Source: an uncultured Desulfospira sp. (GTDB lineage Bacteria; Desulfobacterota; Desulfobacteria; Desulfobacterales; Desulfobacteraceae). From it: a stretch of 64,000 bases of DNA. Under the pieces are notes generated by a model. The model was not told where the DNA came from. It ran no database searches and saw only the letters and a program-made list of their open reading frames with translations. The stretch lies in NCBI GenBank assembly GCA_963663165.1, contig OY760175.1, positions 3,392,001 through 3,456,000 on the forward strand. The letters are read 5' to 3'. This document shows positions 39,571-48,471 of the stretch, piece by piece. The position numbers and the translations under genes were made by a program. Numbering within the stretch: position 1 is the first letter of the stretch; every line of letters begins with the position of its first letter.

Positions 39571-40047
39571 TTATAAATCTCCTGCAAGCATGGCCTTGCA
39601 GATGTTGAGATCCGAAATCTCCACTGGATTGCCGTCAATGGCAAGAACTACACTGGATTCCCCTGTTGTTTCAAGAATCCCGGTAAATCTTTTCCGCCCG
39701 TTAACGGCTTCATGGGTTTCAATTTTTATTTTTGACCCTTTAAATCGATGGAAGTCCTCCTTTTTTTTTAAAGGCCGGTTGGGTCCGGGTGAAGATACTT
39801 CAAGTCTGTATGAACCGATATCCTCGATTTGGACATCAATTAAATCCCCTAACTGCCGGCTGATCAGCACACAGTCATCCAGGGTAATACCGCCGGGTTT
39901 ATCCACGAACAGGCGGACAATTTTTTCACGGTTTTGACCCAACACTTCCACATGAACCAGTTCAAAATTTTCCGATTCACACAGGGGTTCCGCCACCTGG
40001 GTCACCCTGTCTACTGTTGTGTTGTGCTGGTCTCTGCCTTTTGCCAA
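39571..40047 (-). CDS. rimP: Ribosome maturation factor RimP
   Basis: DK.GG...DDC..ISR; Y.LEVSSPG..RPL. Confidence 0.96.
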   Translation of the reverse strand: MAKGRDQHNTTVDRVTQVAEPLCESENFELVHVEVLGQNREKIVRLFVDKPGGITLDDCVLISRQLGDLIDVQIEDIGSYRLEVSSPGPNRPLKKKEDFHRFKGSKIKIETHEAVNGRKRFTGILETTGESSVVLAIDGNPVEISDLNICKAMLAGDL

Positions 40048-40073
40048 ACCTTAAAGTATCCTTGTCTTAAATA

Positions 40074-40234
40074 GTGTTTGGGCGAAAAGTCACCCATCTG
40101 CTGCGTTGCAGAAAAATTTGCAATCCTCACAACCCCAAGGTTGCTCCGGTTGCAAATTTTTTCTGGTTTCTGACCTTTGGTTACGCCTTGCATCTGGGCA
40201 ACTTTTCACCCAAACGCAAGTTTCAATCAGGCAC
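40074..40234. mobile_element. 161-bp palindromic MITE-like insertion flanked by a TAAATA direct repeat
   Basis: GTTTGGGCGAAAAGT/ACTTTTCACCCAAAC and CAGAAAAATTTGCAA/TTGCAAATTTTTTCTG stems; TAAATA at 40068-40073 and 40235-40240. Confidence 0.7.
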
Positions 40235-40240
40235 TAAATA

Positions 40241-40262
40241 CAAAAACGGGCAGACGCCCGTT
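40241..40262 (-). terminator. rimP-leader terminator-like hairpin
   Basis: AACGGGC-GTCT-GCCCGTT followed by TTT on the minus strand; matches the GGGC/GCCC rimP-leader motif. Confidence 0.7.
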
Positions 40263-40358
40263 CCTGGTGTAACGTTACTTAACTTCCGCCCCTGACTTAC
40301 CAGGCGGATCATCTTTAGATTCCATATCAGTGGAACATGTCTGCCTTCCCAAATAATC

Positions 40359-40434
40359 TGGAGCGGGCAACGAGGCTCGAACTCGCGACATCAAGCTTGG
40401 GAAGCTTGCACTCTACCAACTGAGTTATGCCCGC
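40359..40434 (-). tRNA. tRNA-Gly (CCC)
   Basis: GCGGGCATAACTCAGTTGGTAGAGTG CAAGC-TTCCCAA-GCTTG ...GTTCGAG...CCCGCTCCA; 76 nt with encoded CCA. Confidence 0.97.
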
Positions 40435-40445
40435 ATCAGCAGCGC

Positions 40446-40474
40446 AATATAACAGCCGCCATTTACTTTGTCAA
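40446..40474 (-). promoter_or_regulatory. Sigma70 promoter for tRNA-Gly/rimP
   Basis: TTGACA-17 bp-TATATT on the minus strand. Confidence 0.75.
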
Positions 40475-40487
40475 TACCCCATTTTCC

Positions 40488-42935
40488 TTAGGGCAAATCC
40501 GCATTAACCGTATCCAGCACATGCCTGGTAATATTGGAATGCAGCTTCTGAACATTTTTTTCTGTCAGGGTTTTTTGTGCAGACCGGTAAACCACCCTGA
40601 AAGACAAGGACTTTTTCCCCTCCGGGATAGGGCTGCCTTCAAACAGGTCAAACAAGAAAAGATCCTCAACAAGGCGCTCTTTTGAAGCCTTTTCTCTCAT
40701 CCGGGACAACACCGCTTCAACCTCAAGGCCTGAATCCACAATAAAGGTCATGTCTCTGGAAATGGACGGGAATTTCGGGAGCAAAGACGCCTGAATTTGC
40801 TCGGGCATCATTTCCATGAGGGCGGACAATGTAAAATCAAAAATAAAAGCATCCTGTTTCAGCCCAAAATTCTTAAGAACTTCGCTGCTGATTTTGCCAA
40901 TGGTTCCAGCGGCAATCTGTCCTTTTTTAACCACGGCCCCGGCCCCTTTCTCAAAATAAGGGCAGCTGTCATCTTCGATCCTTACATATTCGGCACCCTC
41001 AATAAAAAGGGTTTGAAAAAGGGCCTCAACAACCCCTTTCATATCATAAAAATCCAAAGGGGTTTTCTGGGAATACCAGGTCTGGTCTTCCCGGTTTCCG
41101 GTTAACAGGCCGGCAACCGTTTCAACTTCATTGGGCTGTTCACCCATTGCAGTGGCGTAAAATACCTTGCCTATCTCAAACACCTTTACGGTTTCGGTCT
41201 GCTGGGCATTATTCTTTTTCATGGTTTCCAGCAGGCCGGGGATCAATGAAGACCGCAATACAGACATCTGGTCCGAAATGGGATTTAAAATCTGTTCAAC
41301 CCTTCGCCGGGGATCTGTTTCAGACAGCATGAGCCTGTCACAGGAGGCCTCGTGGGCAAAATTATAATTGATGGCCTCATGAAGGGAGAACCCGTTCATG
41401 GCCTGCCGGATTTTCTGCCGGACCAGGAAAAGACTGGACAGGGCCTTTCCCTTTGCCGGAACCGGCGGATAACTGGTTTCAATTTTATTGTATCCCCATA
41501 GCCTGGCCACTTCCTCGGACAGGTCTTCAGGCCGGCTGACATCCACCCTAAAAGACGGGACATCGACTTTGAGCATGGTTTCATCAACCTTCTCAACCCC
41601 AAACGCCACGGTTTCAAGAATGTCGGCAATGTCATCCCTGGACAGGTCTGTTCCTAACCGGACATTCATGGCCCTGGTGTTCAGGTCAAGGCAAACCTTG
41701 TCCACTTTGGCCGGATATTCATCAATGATATCTTTGGCAATAACGGCTGAATCACAGACTTGTGCCATCAGGGAAACCGCCCTTTGCATGGCATAGACCG
41801 TGCCTTCAGGGTCTGCCCCCCGCTCATACCGGTGGGAGGCATCCGTGGCAATGCCGGTCCGCTTTGCAGTCTTTCTTACGGAAACATGATTAAAATAAGC
41901 GCTTTCAATCAATACCCGGGTGGTGGCATCGGAAATTTCCGAATTCTCCCCGCCCATCACGCCCGCAAGGGCTACCGGTCGCTCCCCGTCGCAGATCATG
42001 AGCATGTCAGGTTCCAGGGTATGGGTTTTGGAGTCCAAGGTGATAAATTCAATGGGAGCACCGGCTTTTCTGACCACAATCCGGCCGCCGGCCAGATCGT
42101 CATAGTCAAAGGCGTGCAGGGGCTGGCCCGTCTCCATCATCACAAAATTGGTGATATCCACCACATTGTTAATGGGGGTCATGCCAACAGATTCCAGTTT
42201 CTGGCGCAGCCATAAAGGAGAGGGTGCCACCTTGACATCAAAGACCATTCCGGCTGAATATCTCGGGCACAAATCAGGATCTTTTATCTCCACCTTGGCA
42301 AAGTCATGGATGGATTGGGTTCCGATTCGGTCTTTGGGAAAGGTCACATCGGGTTTGGTAATTTGGGCCTTGGGTTCGCTGAAGGCCCCGATCTCCCTTG
42401 CAACCCCCATAAGGCTTAAGCAGTCGGGCCGGTTAGGGGTCAGGTCAATTTCAAGCCGGGCGTCATTCAATGCCATGGCCTGGCTTATGGGCGTGCCGGG
42501 TTCAAGCGCATCGGAAAGATCCATGAGCCCGGATGCGTCGGCATTAAGCCGAAGTTCTGCGGCGCTGCACAGCATCCCTTGCGAAACCTCTCCCCTGAGT
42601 TTGCTTTTTTTGATTTTCAGATCTCCGGGCAGAACGGCTCCGGGAAGGGCACAGGGAACCACCATGTTTTCCCTGACATTGGGTGCCCCGCAAACAATCT
42701 GGACCGGTTCCGGGGCATTGGGGTCACCCACATCCACCTGGCAGACAGAAAGCTTGTCTGCATTGGGATGTTGTTTAACCTCCAGGACCCTGGCCACAAC
42801 AATATTGTCCAGGTAGTCGTAAAGGTTCTCAATAGAGTCCACTTCAAGCCCGGCCATGGTAAGTCTGTCGGCCAGTTCCTGGGGCTGAAAATCTACGGGA
42901 ATATATTCTTTTAACCAGCTGAGACTGACTTTCAT
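40488..42935 (-). CDS. pheT: Phenylalanyl-tRNA synthetase beta subunit
   Basis: HPNADKL, VCGAPN, LTPNRPDC and GQPLHAFD motifs; C-terminal anticodon-binding domain. Confidence 0.98.
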   Translation of the reverse strand: MKVSLSWLKEYIPVDFQPQELADRLTMAGLEVDSIENLYDYLDNIVVARVLEVKQHPNADKLSVCQVDVGDPNAPEPVQIVCGAPNVRENMVVPCALPGAVLPGDLKIKKSKLRGEVSQGMLCSAAELRLNADASGLMDLSDALEPGTPISQAMALNDARLEIDLTPNRPDCLSLMGVAREIGAFSEPKAQITKPDVTFPKDRIGTQSIHDFAKVEIKDPDLCPRYSAGMVFDVKVAPSPLWLRQKLESVGMTPINNVVDITNFVMMETGQPLHAFDYDDLAGGRIVVRKAGAPIEFITLDSKTHTLEPDMLMICDGERPVALAGVMGGENSEISDATTRVLIESAYFNHVSVRKTAKRTGIATDASHRYERGADPEGTVYAMQRAVSLMAQVCDSAVIAKDIIDEYPAKVDKVCLDLNTRAMNVRLGTDLSRDDIADILETVAFGVEKVDETMLKVDVPSFRVDVSRPEDLSEEVARLWGYNKIETSYPPVPAKGKALSSLFLVRQKIRQAMNGFSLHEAINYNFAHEASCDRLMLSETDPRRRVEQILNPISDQMSVLRSSLIPGLLETMKKNNAQQTETVKVFEIGKVFYATAMGEQPNEVETVAGLLTGNREDQTWYSQKTPLDFYDMKGVVEALFQTLFIEGAEYVRIEDDSCPYFEKGAGAVVKKGQIAAGTIGKISSEVLKNFGLKQDAFIFDFTLSALMEMMPEQIQASLLPKFPSISRDMTFIVDSGLEVEAVLSRMREKASKERLVEDLFLFDLFEGSPIPEGKKSLSFRVVYRSAQKTLTEKNVQKLHSNITRHVLDTVNADLP

Positions 42936-42937
42936 AA

Positions 42938-43936
42938 CTAAAACTGCCCTAGAAAACGAACGTCGTTTTCAAAAAATTTTCTTATATCATCAATACCGTA
43001 TTTGAGCATGGCCATTCGTTCAATGCCCACACCAAAGGCAAACCCGGTATACATATCCGTATCATATCCCACATTTTCAAACACGGCTGGGTGGACCATT
43101 CCCGAGCCCAATACTTCAAGCCACCCGGTTTTGGAGCAGATCCGGCATCCCTTTCCCCGGCACATCACACATTGGATATCCACCTCTGCGCTGGGTTCGG
43201 TAAAGGGGAAAAAACTGGGGCGGAATCTAAGGGAAGTCTGTTCATCAAAAAACTGGTGAACAAAGGTGGTCAAAACCCCTTTCAGGTCGCCAAAGGAAAT
43301 GTTTTTATCCACCATAAGCCCTTCAATCTGGTGAAACATGGGGGTATGGGTCAGATCCGAGTCACACCGGAAGACTTTTCCCGGAGAGATGATGCGGACA
43401 GGCGGCTGGGTTTTCTCCATGGCCCTGGGCTGGGAACCCGAGGTATGGGTCCTTAACACGATATTGTCAGACAGGTAAAACGTATCCTGCATATCCCTGG
43501 CCGGGTGGTATTTGGGGATGTTCAGGGCCTCGAAATTATAGTAGTCCGTTTCAACTTCCGGGCCTTCGGCAATGTCAAACCCCAACCGCATAAAAATACC
43601 GCAGATTTCATCTAAAACCTGGGTAATGGGATGAAGGGATCCTCTGGCGGGAGCCCGGCCGGGAAGGGTGACGTCCAGGGCTTCAATATCTTGGTTGGCC
43701 GCAAGATCCGAACGGGTTTCCCGGATGATTTTTTCAAGCCTGACCTTAAGGAGGTTGGCATTTTTCCCGGCCAGGGGGCGCTCATCCTCGGGCAGAGAGG
43801 AAATATTCCTCAAAAAACCGGTCAGAATCCCTTTCCGGCCCAGGTACTGGGTTGAAATCTGTTCAAGTTCTTCCTGGGATGCTGCCGTCCGGATACAATC
43901 CAAGGCCTGCTTTTCAATATCCTCAATGCTGTTCAA
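42938..43936 (-). CDS. pheS: Phenylalanyl-tRNA synthetase alpha subunit
   Basis: HPARDMQDTFY, FHQIEG, FPFTEPS and GFAFG.G.ER motifs. Confidence 0.98.
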   Translation of the reverse strand: MNSIEDIEKQALDCIRTAASQEELEQISTQYLGRKGILTGFLRNISSLPEDERPLAGKNANLLKVRLEKIIRETRSDLAANQDIEALDVTLPGRAPARGSLHPITQVLDEICGIFMRLGFDIAEGPEVETDYYNFEALNIPKYHPARDMQDTFYLSDNIVLRTHTSGSQPRAMEKTQPPVRIISPGKVFRCDSDLTHTPMFHQIEGLMVDKNISFGDLKGVLTTFVHQFFDEQTSLRFRPSFFPFTEPSAEVDIQCVMCRGKGCRICSKTGWLEVLGSGMVHPAVFENVGYDTDMYTGFAFGVGIERMAMLKYGIDDIRKFFENDVRFLGQF

Positions 43937-43961
43937 AATATCCCCGCTGTGTGCGTTTTAT

Positions 43962-44315
43962 CTAGTTCAGTTGGGCGACTGCCTGGGATGCAAGTTTGGA
44001 AAATCCGGCAGGATCGGAAATGGCCAGGTCTGCCAGCACTTTTCTGTCCAGTTCGCTGCCCGCCAGTTTCAGGCCGTTCATGAACCGGGAATAAGACAGG
44101 TCATTCATTCTTGCCCCGGCATTGATTCTGACAATCCAGAGCTTTCTAAAATCTCTTTTTCTGGCCCGCCGGTCCCGGTAAGCATACATTAATGCCTTGT
44201 CCACAGAGTCGGCCGCAGTTCTGTACAGTTTGCTTCTTCCCCCTCTAAACCCCTTTGCGAGCTTGAGAACTTTATTTCTTCTTCTTCTTGCCTTGAATCC
44301 TCTTTTAACTCTCAT
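43962..44315 (-). CDS. rplT: 50S ribosomal protein L20
   Basis: RVKRG; YAYRDRR..KR.FR.LWI.RINA. Confidence 0.98.
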   Translation of the reverse strand: MRVKRGFKARRRRNKVLKLAKGFRGGRSKLYRTAADSVDKALMYAYRDRRARKRDFRKLWIVRINAGARMNDLSYSRFMNGLKLAGSELDRKVLADLAISDPAGFSKLASQAVAQLN

Positions 44316-44400
44316 CTTAACCTTAACTCCTCATTGATATTCGGCGTTGCGTTCTAAATTTTAGACCTTATAGAAGGCAATGCCGGCGCTTTAGGTTTGA

Positions 44401-44598
44401 TTACCCATTGGGCAGCAGCCGCCGGACCTCTTTCATGTTGGCGTCTTCGATTATCTGATCCTGACGGAAAGACCGTTTTCTTTTAGTGGTCTTCTTGGTC
44501 AAAATATGGCTGGCATGGGATTTACGGAATTTGTACTTTCCGGACCCGGTTTTTTTAAATCTTTTTGCTGCCGCTCTGTTGGTCTTGATCTTCGGCAT
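44401..44598 (-). CDS. rpmI: 50S ribosomal protein L35
   Basis: MPKIKT.R.AAKRFK.TGSGK. Confidence 0.98.
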   Translation of the reverse strand: MPKIKTNRAAAKRFKKTGSGKYKFRKSHASHILTKKTTKRKRSFRQDQIIEDANMKEVRRLLPNG

Positions 44599-44728
44599 AA
44601 CAACCTTCCTTTATGGGTTATAATTTTCTAAAAAGAGAAGGTGGTATATTTAAACAAACGATATACCACCAGTCTTTGGTCAATATCCTAATTACAAAAT
44701 TTGGTCTGTGCTTTTACTTAGGGATAAT

Positions 44729-45250
44729 TTATTTGGGTCCTAGAAGCATGGTAATTATCCGGCCTTCAAATTTGGGCGGCTGTTCAACAACGGCAAATTC
44801 TTCGGTCATGTCGATTATCTTTTCCAGAATAATCCCGGCCTGTTCCTTGAGCATGATTTCCCTGCCCCGGAAAACCAGCGTTATTTTGACCTTATCGTTT
44901 TTAGCAATGAATTTTTCAATATGCCGGACTTTTGTTGACAGGTCATGATCATCGGTTTTCGGCCTGACCTTAATCTCCTTGATTTGAACAGTTTTCTGCT
45001 TCCGCTTGGCCTCCTGTTTCTTTTTGGTCACTTCATACTTATATTTTCCATGATCCATTATCTTGCAGACAGGGGGTTTTGCATTCGGAGATACCTCAAC
45101 CAGATCAAGGTTTTCCTCCTGAGCTATTTTTAATGCCTCTTCCAAAGGCATGATCCCAACCTGCTCGCCGTCAGAACCGACCACTCGAACCTCATTGGCT
45201 CTGATCCCTTTATTCACAATAGTTTGATCCTGCTTGCCTCTCTTAGATAT
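44729..45250 (-). CDS. infC: Translation initiation factor IF-3 (probable ATA start)
   Basis: LDLVEVSP...PPVCKIMD.GK; KEIK.RP; GGAGGT lies 6 nt before the ATA. Confidence 0.95.
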   Translation of the reverse strand: MSKRGKQDQTIVNKGIRANEVRVVGSDGEQVGIMPLEEALKIAQEENLDLVEVSPNAKPPVCKIMDHGKYKYEVTKKKQEAKRKQKTVQIKEIKVRPKTDDHDLSTKVRHIEKFIAKNDKVKITLVFRGREIMLKEQAGIILEKIIDMTEEFAVVEQPPKFEGRIITMLLGPK

Positions 45251-45410
45251 TTTCATACCTCCTGCTTCAATTATCCGTTTTGTAATTCCGGCCCTCTTAA
45301 ACCCAAGCCGGGCACATTCTTCACAGAACCAAGTATAACCTTGCAATCATAATGTCTTTTTTGAAACAAATCAAGCATTAATTGATGCTGCTTTGGGGAA
45401 GAGACCCTCT

Positions 45411-45926
45411 TCACCTGCGCCCCTGGTCCAGCGTATACGCTTCCAGAATACTGTCTTTCCAGTAAAGATTATCTTTCTTATTAAAGAATTCGCAAAAAAG
45501 ATCAAGGCTTTTTTGCCGGCATATCCCGGGGACGACGGTGATGTTGCAATCACGGTAAAGGGGCGGCAGCCCGCTCAGATCACAGGCGGTGCCGCCGCCC
45601 ATCACATCTTCATAGGCATAAACAATGGTCTTTATTCCGGAAAGAATAATCGCCCCGTAGCACATGAGGCAGGGCTCCATGGTGGCAAACAGCACGGCTT
45701 GAGAGGGAATAAAAGTCTCTGTACAGGATTCAAGATTTTTTAAGGCCCGGATTTCCGCATGATCCACTTCGCTGAAAAAAGAATTGTCAGGACCGGTCCC
45801 TTTTCTTGATCCCTCTGCAATGACACGGTTATTTTGTACAACAACGCACCCTACAGGGAACTCACCCTGGTCAAGCGCTGTCCGGGCCTGGGCCAGGGCC
45901 AAATCCATGAACCTTACATAATCCAT
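45411..45926 (-). CDS. Zn-dependent nucleoside deaminase (TadA-like)
   Basis: GE.PVG, HAE and EPCLMC motifs. Confidence 0.88.
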   Translation of the reverse strand: MDYVRFMDLALAQARTALDQGEFPVGCVVVQNNRVIAEGSRKGTGPDNSFFSEVDHAEIRALKNLESCTETFIPSQAVLFATMEPCLMCYGAIILSGIKTIVYAYEDVMGGGTACDLSGLPPLYRDCNITVVPGICRQKSLDLFCEFFNKKDNLYWKDSILEAYTLDQGRR

Positions 45927-45959
45927 CTTAATCTTTTGCCTCCATTTTACTATAGGGAT

Positions 45960-46030
45960 TTAGACTGAAGGCTGAAGGGGTTTAGGGCTGTGCATTCCTT
46001 CAGTCTAACCACCTTCAGTCTAACCACCTT
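45960..46030. repeat. TTAGACTGAAGG with inverted, duplicated CCTTCAGTCTAACCA units
   Basis: 45960-45971 is complementary to 45997-46008 and 46012-46023; 15-bp tandem duplication. Confidence 0.75.
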
Positions 46031-46165
46031 TTTTACAATTTGTCACGGATAACCCAATATTATTCCAGGTCATAAATACACTCACCCGCCCCCCAACCAC
46101 TATTTATATTGATTTTTCCTGCTCCTGCCGTTAAGTATGTCAAATATCTTTAAGTTAAAACAAAT

Positions 46166-47269
46166 ATGAATATGACACAAGCCAGCCCCATACCGGATAC
46201 CGGAAAAAATGACTTCTCCATAAGGGAAATGTTCCAGGAAAGGGAACGCAGCTTTCTTTCCGGATACGCCAGCCCCAGTGACAAGGCAACCAGAAGAAAG
46301 CCTGAGGAATCCGTATGTGAGATCCGGACACCCTATCAGCTTGACCGGGACCGAATTGTTTATTCCAACGCTTTCAGACGTCTTAAATACAAAACCCAGG
46401 TATTTTTATCTCCCCTTGGCGACCATTACAGAACCCGTCTGACCCATACTCTGGAAGTTAATGAAATCGCCAGAAACATTGCCAGGGCCATGAAAATGAA
46501 TGAAGACCTTGCCGAGGCCATTGCCCTTGGGCATGACCTTGGCCATACCCCGTTCGGCCACGGGGGCGAGACGGCCTTAATTGAGACCTATTCCGCCCAT
46601 TTTACCCATTCAGACCAGAGCCTTCGCGTGGTGGACTTCCTGGAGAACAGGGGGCGCGGCCTGAATTTGACCCGGGAGGTCAGGGATGGAATCCTTAAGC
46701 ATTCCAAAGGGTTCGGCAACATTATCCCCGCCACCCCCGGAGAAACTGCGGCTACCCTGGAAGGCCGGATCGTCCGGGTGGCCGATATCATGGCCTATTT
46801 AAACCATGACCTGGATGATGCCCTGAGGGGAAAGGTTATCCGGCTTGATGACGTGCCGGGCATCTGTGTCAAAAAACTGGGAAAAACCCATTCTCAACGG
46901 GCCAGCACCATGATTGCCAACCTTGTTTACCACAGCGGCCCGAAAAACGGCAAATTCGTTCTGGATATGGGAGAAGACCTTTTCCGGGCCATGACCATTT
47001 TAAGACAATTCTTATACGAAAAGGTATACCGGGCCCCGGCCGTCCATAATGAATTTGTAAAAGTCAAAAAAATTATTACCGGATTATACCGGTACTTTCT
47101 GGACAATCCTGAATTTCTCCAGGCAGAACTTGAAAAGATGGAAATGGCGCCCTGGGATCCGTCAAAAAATTCCCTGGAACGGTCTGTGTGTGACGCTATT
47201 GCCTCCATGACCGACCGGTACGCCCTCCAATTATACCAAAAACTGTTCTTTCCCAAACCCCTGGTCTAA
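46166..47269 (+). CDS. dgt: Deoxyguanosinetriphosphate triphosphohydrolase (HD family)
   Basis: FRRLK.KTQVF, RTRLTHTLEV, HDLGH.PFGH.GE and MTD.YA motifs. Confidence 0.93.
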   Translation: MNMTQASPIPDTGKNDFSIREMFQERERSFLSGYASPSDKATRRKPEESVCEIRTPYQLDRDRIVYSNAFRRLKYKTQVFLSPLGDHYRTRLTHTLEVNEIARNIARAMKMNEDLAEAIALGHDLGHTPFGHGGETALIETYSAHFTHSDQSLRVVDFLENRGRGLNLTREVRDGILKHSKGFGNIIPATPGETAATLEGRIVRVADIMAYLNHDLDDALRGKVIRLDDVPGICVKKLGKTHSQRASTMIANLVYHSGPKNGKFVLDMGEDLFRAMTILRQFLYEKVYRAPAVHNEFVKVKKIITGLYRYFLDNPEFLQAELEKMEMAPWDPSKNSLERSVCDAIASMTDRYALQLYQKLFFPKPLV

Positions 47270-47274
47270 ACCCT

Positions 47275-47853
47275 TTGAGCCCTGTGAATCCCAACGTGTT
47301 TGCCCCATTATCGGCTCTTTACCGCGCCATGGATGACGCTTTTGCCCGAACCGCCCGCCGGTACGGATTTATCTGCCAGGGATGTGAGGATAATTGCTGT
47401 AAATCCTTATTCTTTCATCACACTTTTGTGGAAAAAGCCTATATTACCCATGGGTTTCTTGAGCTTGCCTCACCAGTAAGGGAAGCGGTCACCCGAAAAG
47501 CCCGGGGGTATGTGGAAAAAACCTTTTCCAGTGAAACCGGTGCAGGCCCGCCCCAATCCCTTGGCCTGATGTGCCCTTTAAATGAAAATGGAAGATGTTC
47601 CCTATATGCATTCCGGCCCATGATCTGCCGGCTTCACGGCCTGCCCCATGAATTTTTACGGCCGGATGGCAGATTGATCAAGGGACCGGGATGTGCGGCC
47701 GGTGAATTTGACAAACAGGCCTATACCCCCTTTGAGCGGACCCCTTTTTACCAGGAGCTTGCCCGGGTGGAAATGCAGTTTCGGCAGCAGCACCAAAAAA
47801 CCGGCAAGCTCAAACAAACAGTGGCTCAAATCATCCTTGACAGCCAAGCCTAA
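47275..47853 (+). CDS. YkgJ-like Cys-cluster (CxxCxxxCC) protein
   Basis: CQGCEDNCC; CPL....C.LY..RP.ICR. Confidence 0.8.
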   Translation: MSPVNPNVFAPLSALYRAMDDAFARTARRYGFICQGCEDNCCKSLFFHHTFVEKAYITHGFLELASPVREAVTRKARGYVEKTFSSETGAGPPQSLGLMCPLNENGRCSLYAFRPMICRLHGLPHEFLRPDGRLIKGPGCAAGEFDKQAYTPFERTPFYQELARVEMQFRQQHQKTGKLKQTVAQIILDSQA

Positions 47854-47879
47854 AATTATCCTTTAAACCAAATTTTTTC

Positions 47880-47931
47880 TTGACACTTTTTAATTTTGAA
47901 TTAATCTTAATTATACCCTACAGGGGTATGG
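47880..47931 (+). promoter_or_regulatory. cop promoter (TTGACA) and CsoR operator ATACCCTACAGGGGTAT
   Basis: C-tract/G-tract pseudo-palindrome at 47913-47929, of the type bound by Bacillus CsoR. Confidence 0.85.
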
Positions 47932-47956
47932 TAAAAAACCACCTTGGAGGCAACCC

Positions 47957-48235
47957 ATGGTCAACGAAGAGACCAAAAAAGCAGCCCTGACCCGGCTTAA
48001 AAAAATTGAAGGCCAGATCAGGGGAATTGCACGGATGATTGAGACTGAAAAATACTGCATTGATATCATCAATCAGGTTACAGCCGCAGAAAAAGCGCTT
48101 CACGGCGTGTCTAAAATTATCATGAAGCGCCATGTGGAGTCCTGTGTCACCGAGGCCATTCAACAGGGCCAGGGCCAGGCGAAAATAGATGAACTGATCG
48201 AGACGGTGTTTAAATATTCAACCAAATCAAAATAA
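47957..48235 (+). CDS. csoR: Copper-sensing repressor CsoR
   Basis: RLK.IEGQ.RG...M.....YC..I..Q; H...CV. Confidence 0.92.
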   Translation: MVNEETKKAALTRLKKIEGQIRGIARMIETEKYCIDIINQVTAAEKALHGVSKIIMKRHVESCVTEAIQQGQGQAKIDELIETVFKYSTKSK

Positions 48236-48246
48236 AGGATACCCCC

Positions 48247-48453
48247 ATGAAAATACAATTACATATTGACGGAATGGCATGCCATCACTGCTCAGGAAGG
48301 GTCCAAAAATTTCTGGAGTCCAAAGATGGCATCTCAGACATAGACGTAAGCCTTGAAAAAAAGGGGGCTCAATTTTTCTGTGAGGAAAATGTCGATGTGG
48401 ATGGCATTGTCAAGGGCATTACCGAGTTAGGGTATAAAACTGTTAAACAATAG
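48247..48453 (+). CDS. copZ: Copper chaperone (HMA domain)
   Basis: GMACHHC motif. Confidence 0.9.
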   Translation: MKIQLHIDGMACHHCSGRVQKFLESKDGISDIDVSLEKKGAQFFCEENVDVDGIVKGITELGYKTVKQ

Positions 48454-48471
48454 AGGCCGCCAAGAAACGCC

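Noticed and set aside
40359..40434. tRNA-Gly as a prophage or island integration site
   Set aside because: No integrase and no duplicated tRNA 3' end seen; the flanks are core genes.
45411..47269. Deaminase + dGTPase as a nucleotide-depletion anti-phage system
   Set aside because: The genes are divergent, sit in housekeeping context beside infC, and look like ordinary TadA-like and Dgt proteins.
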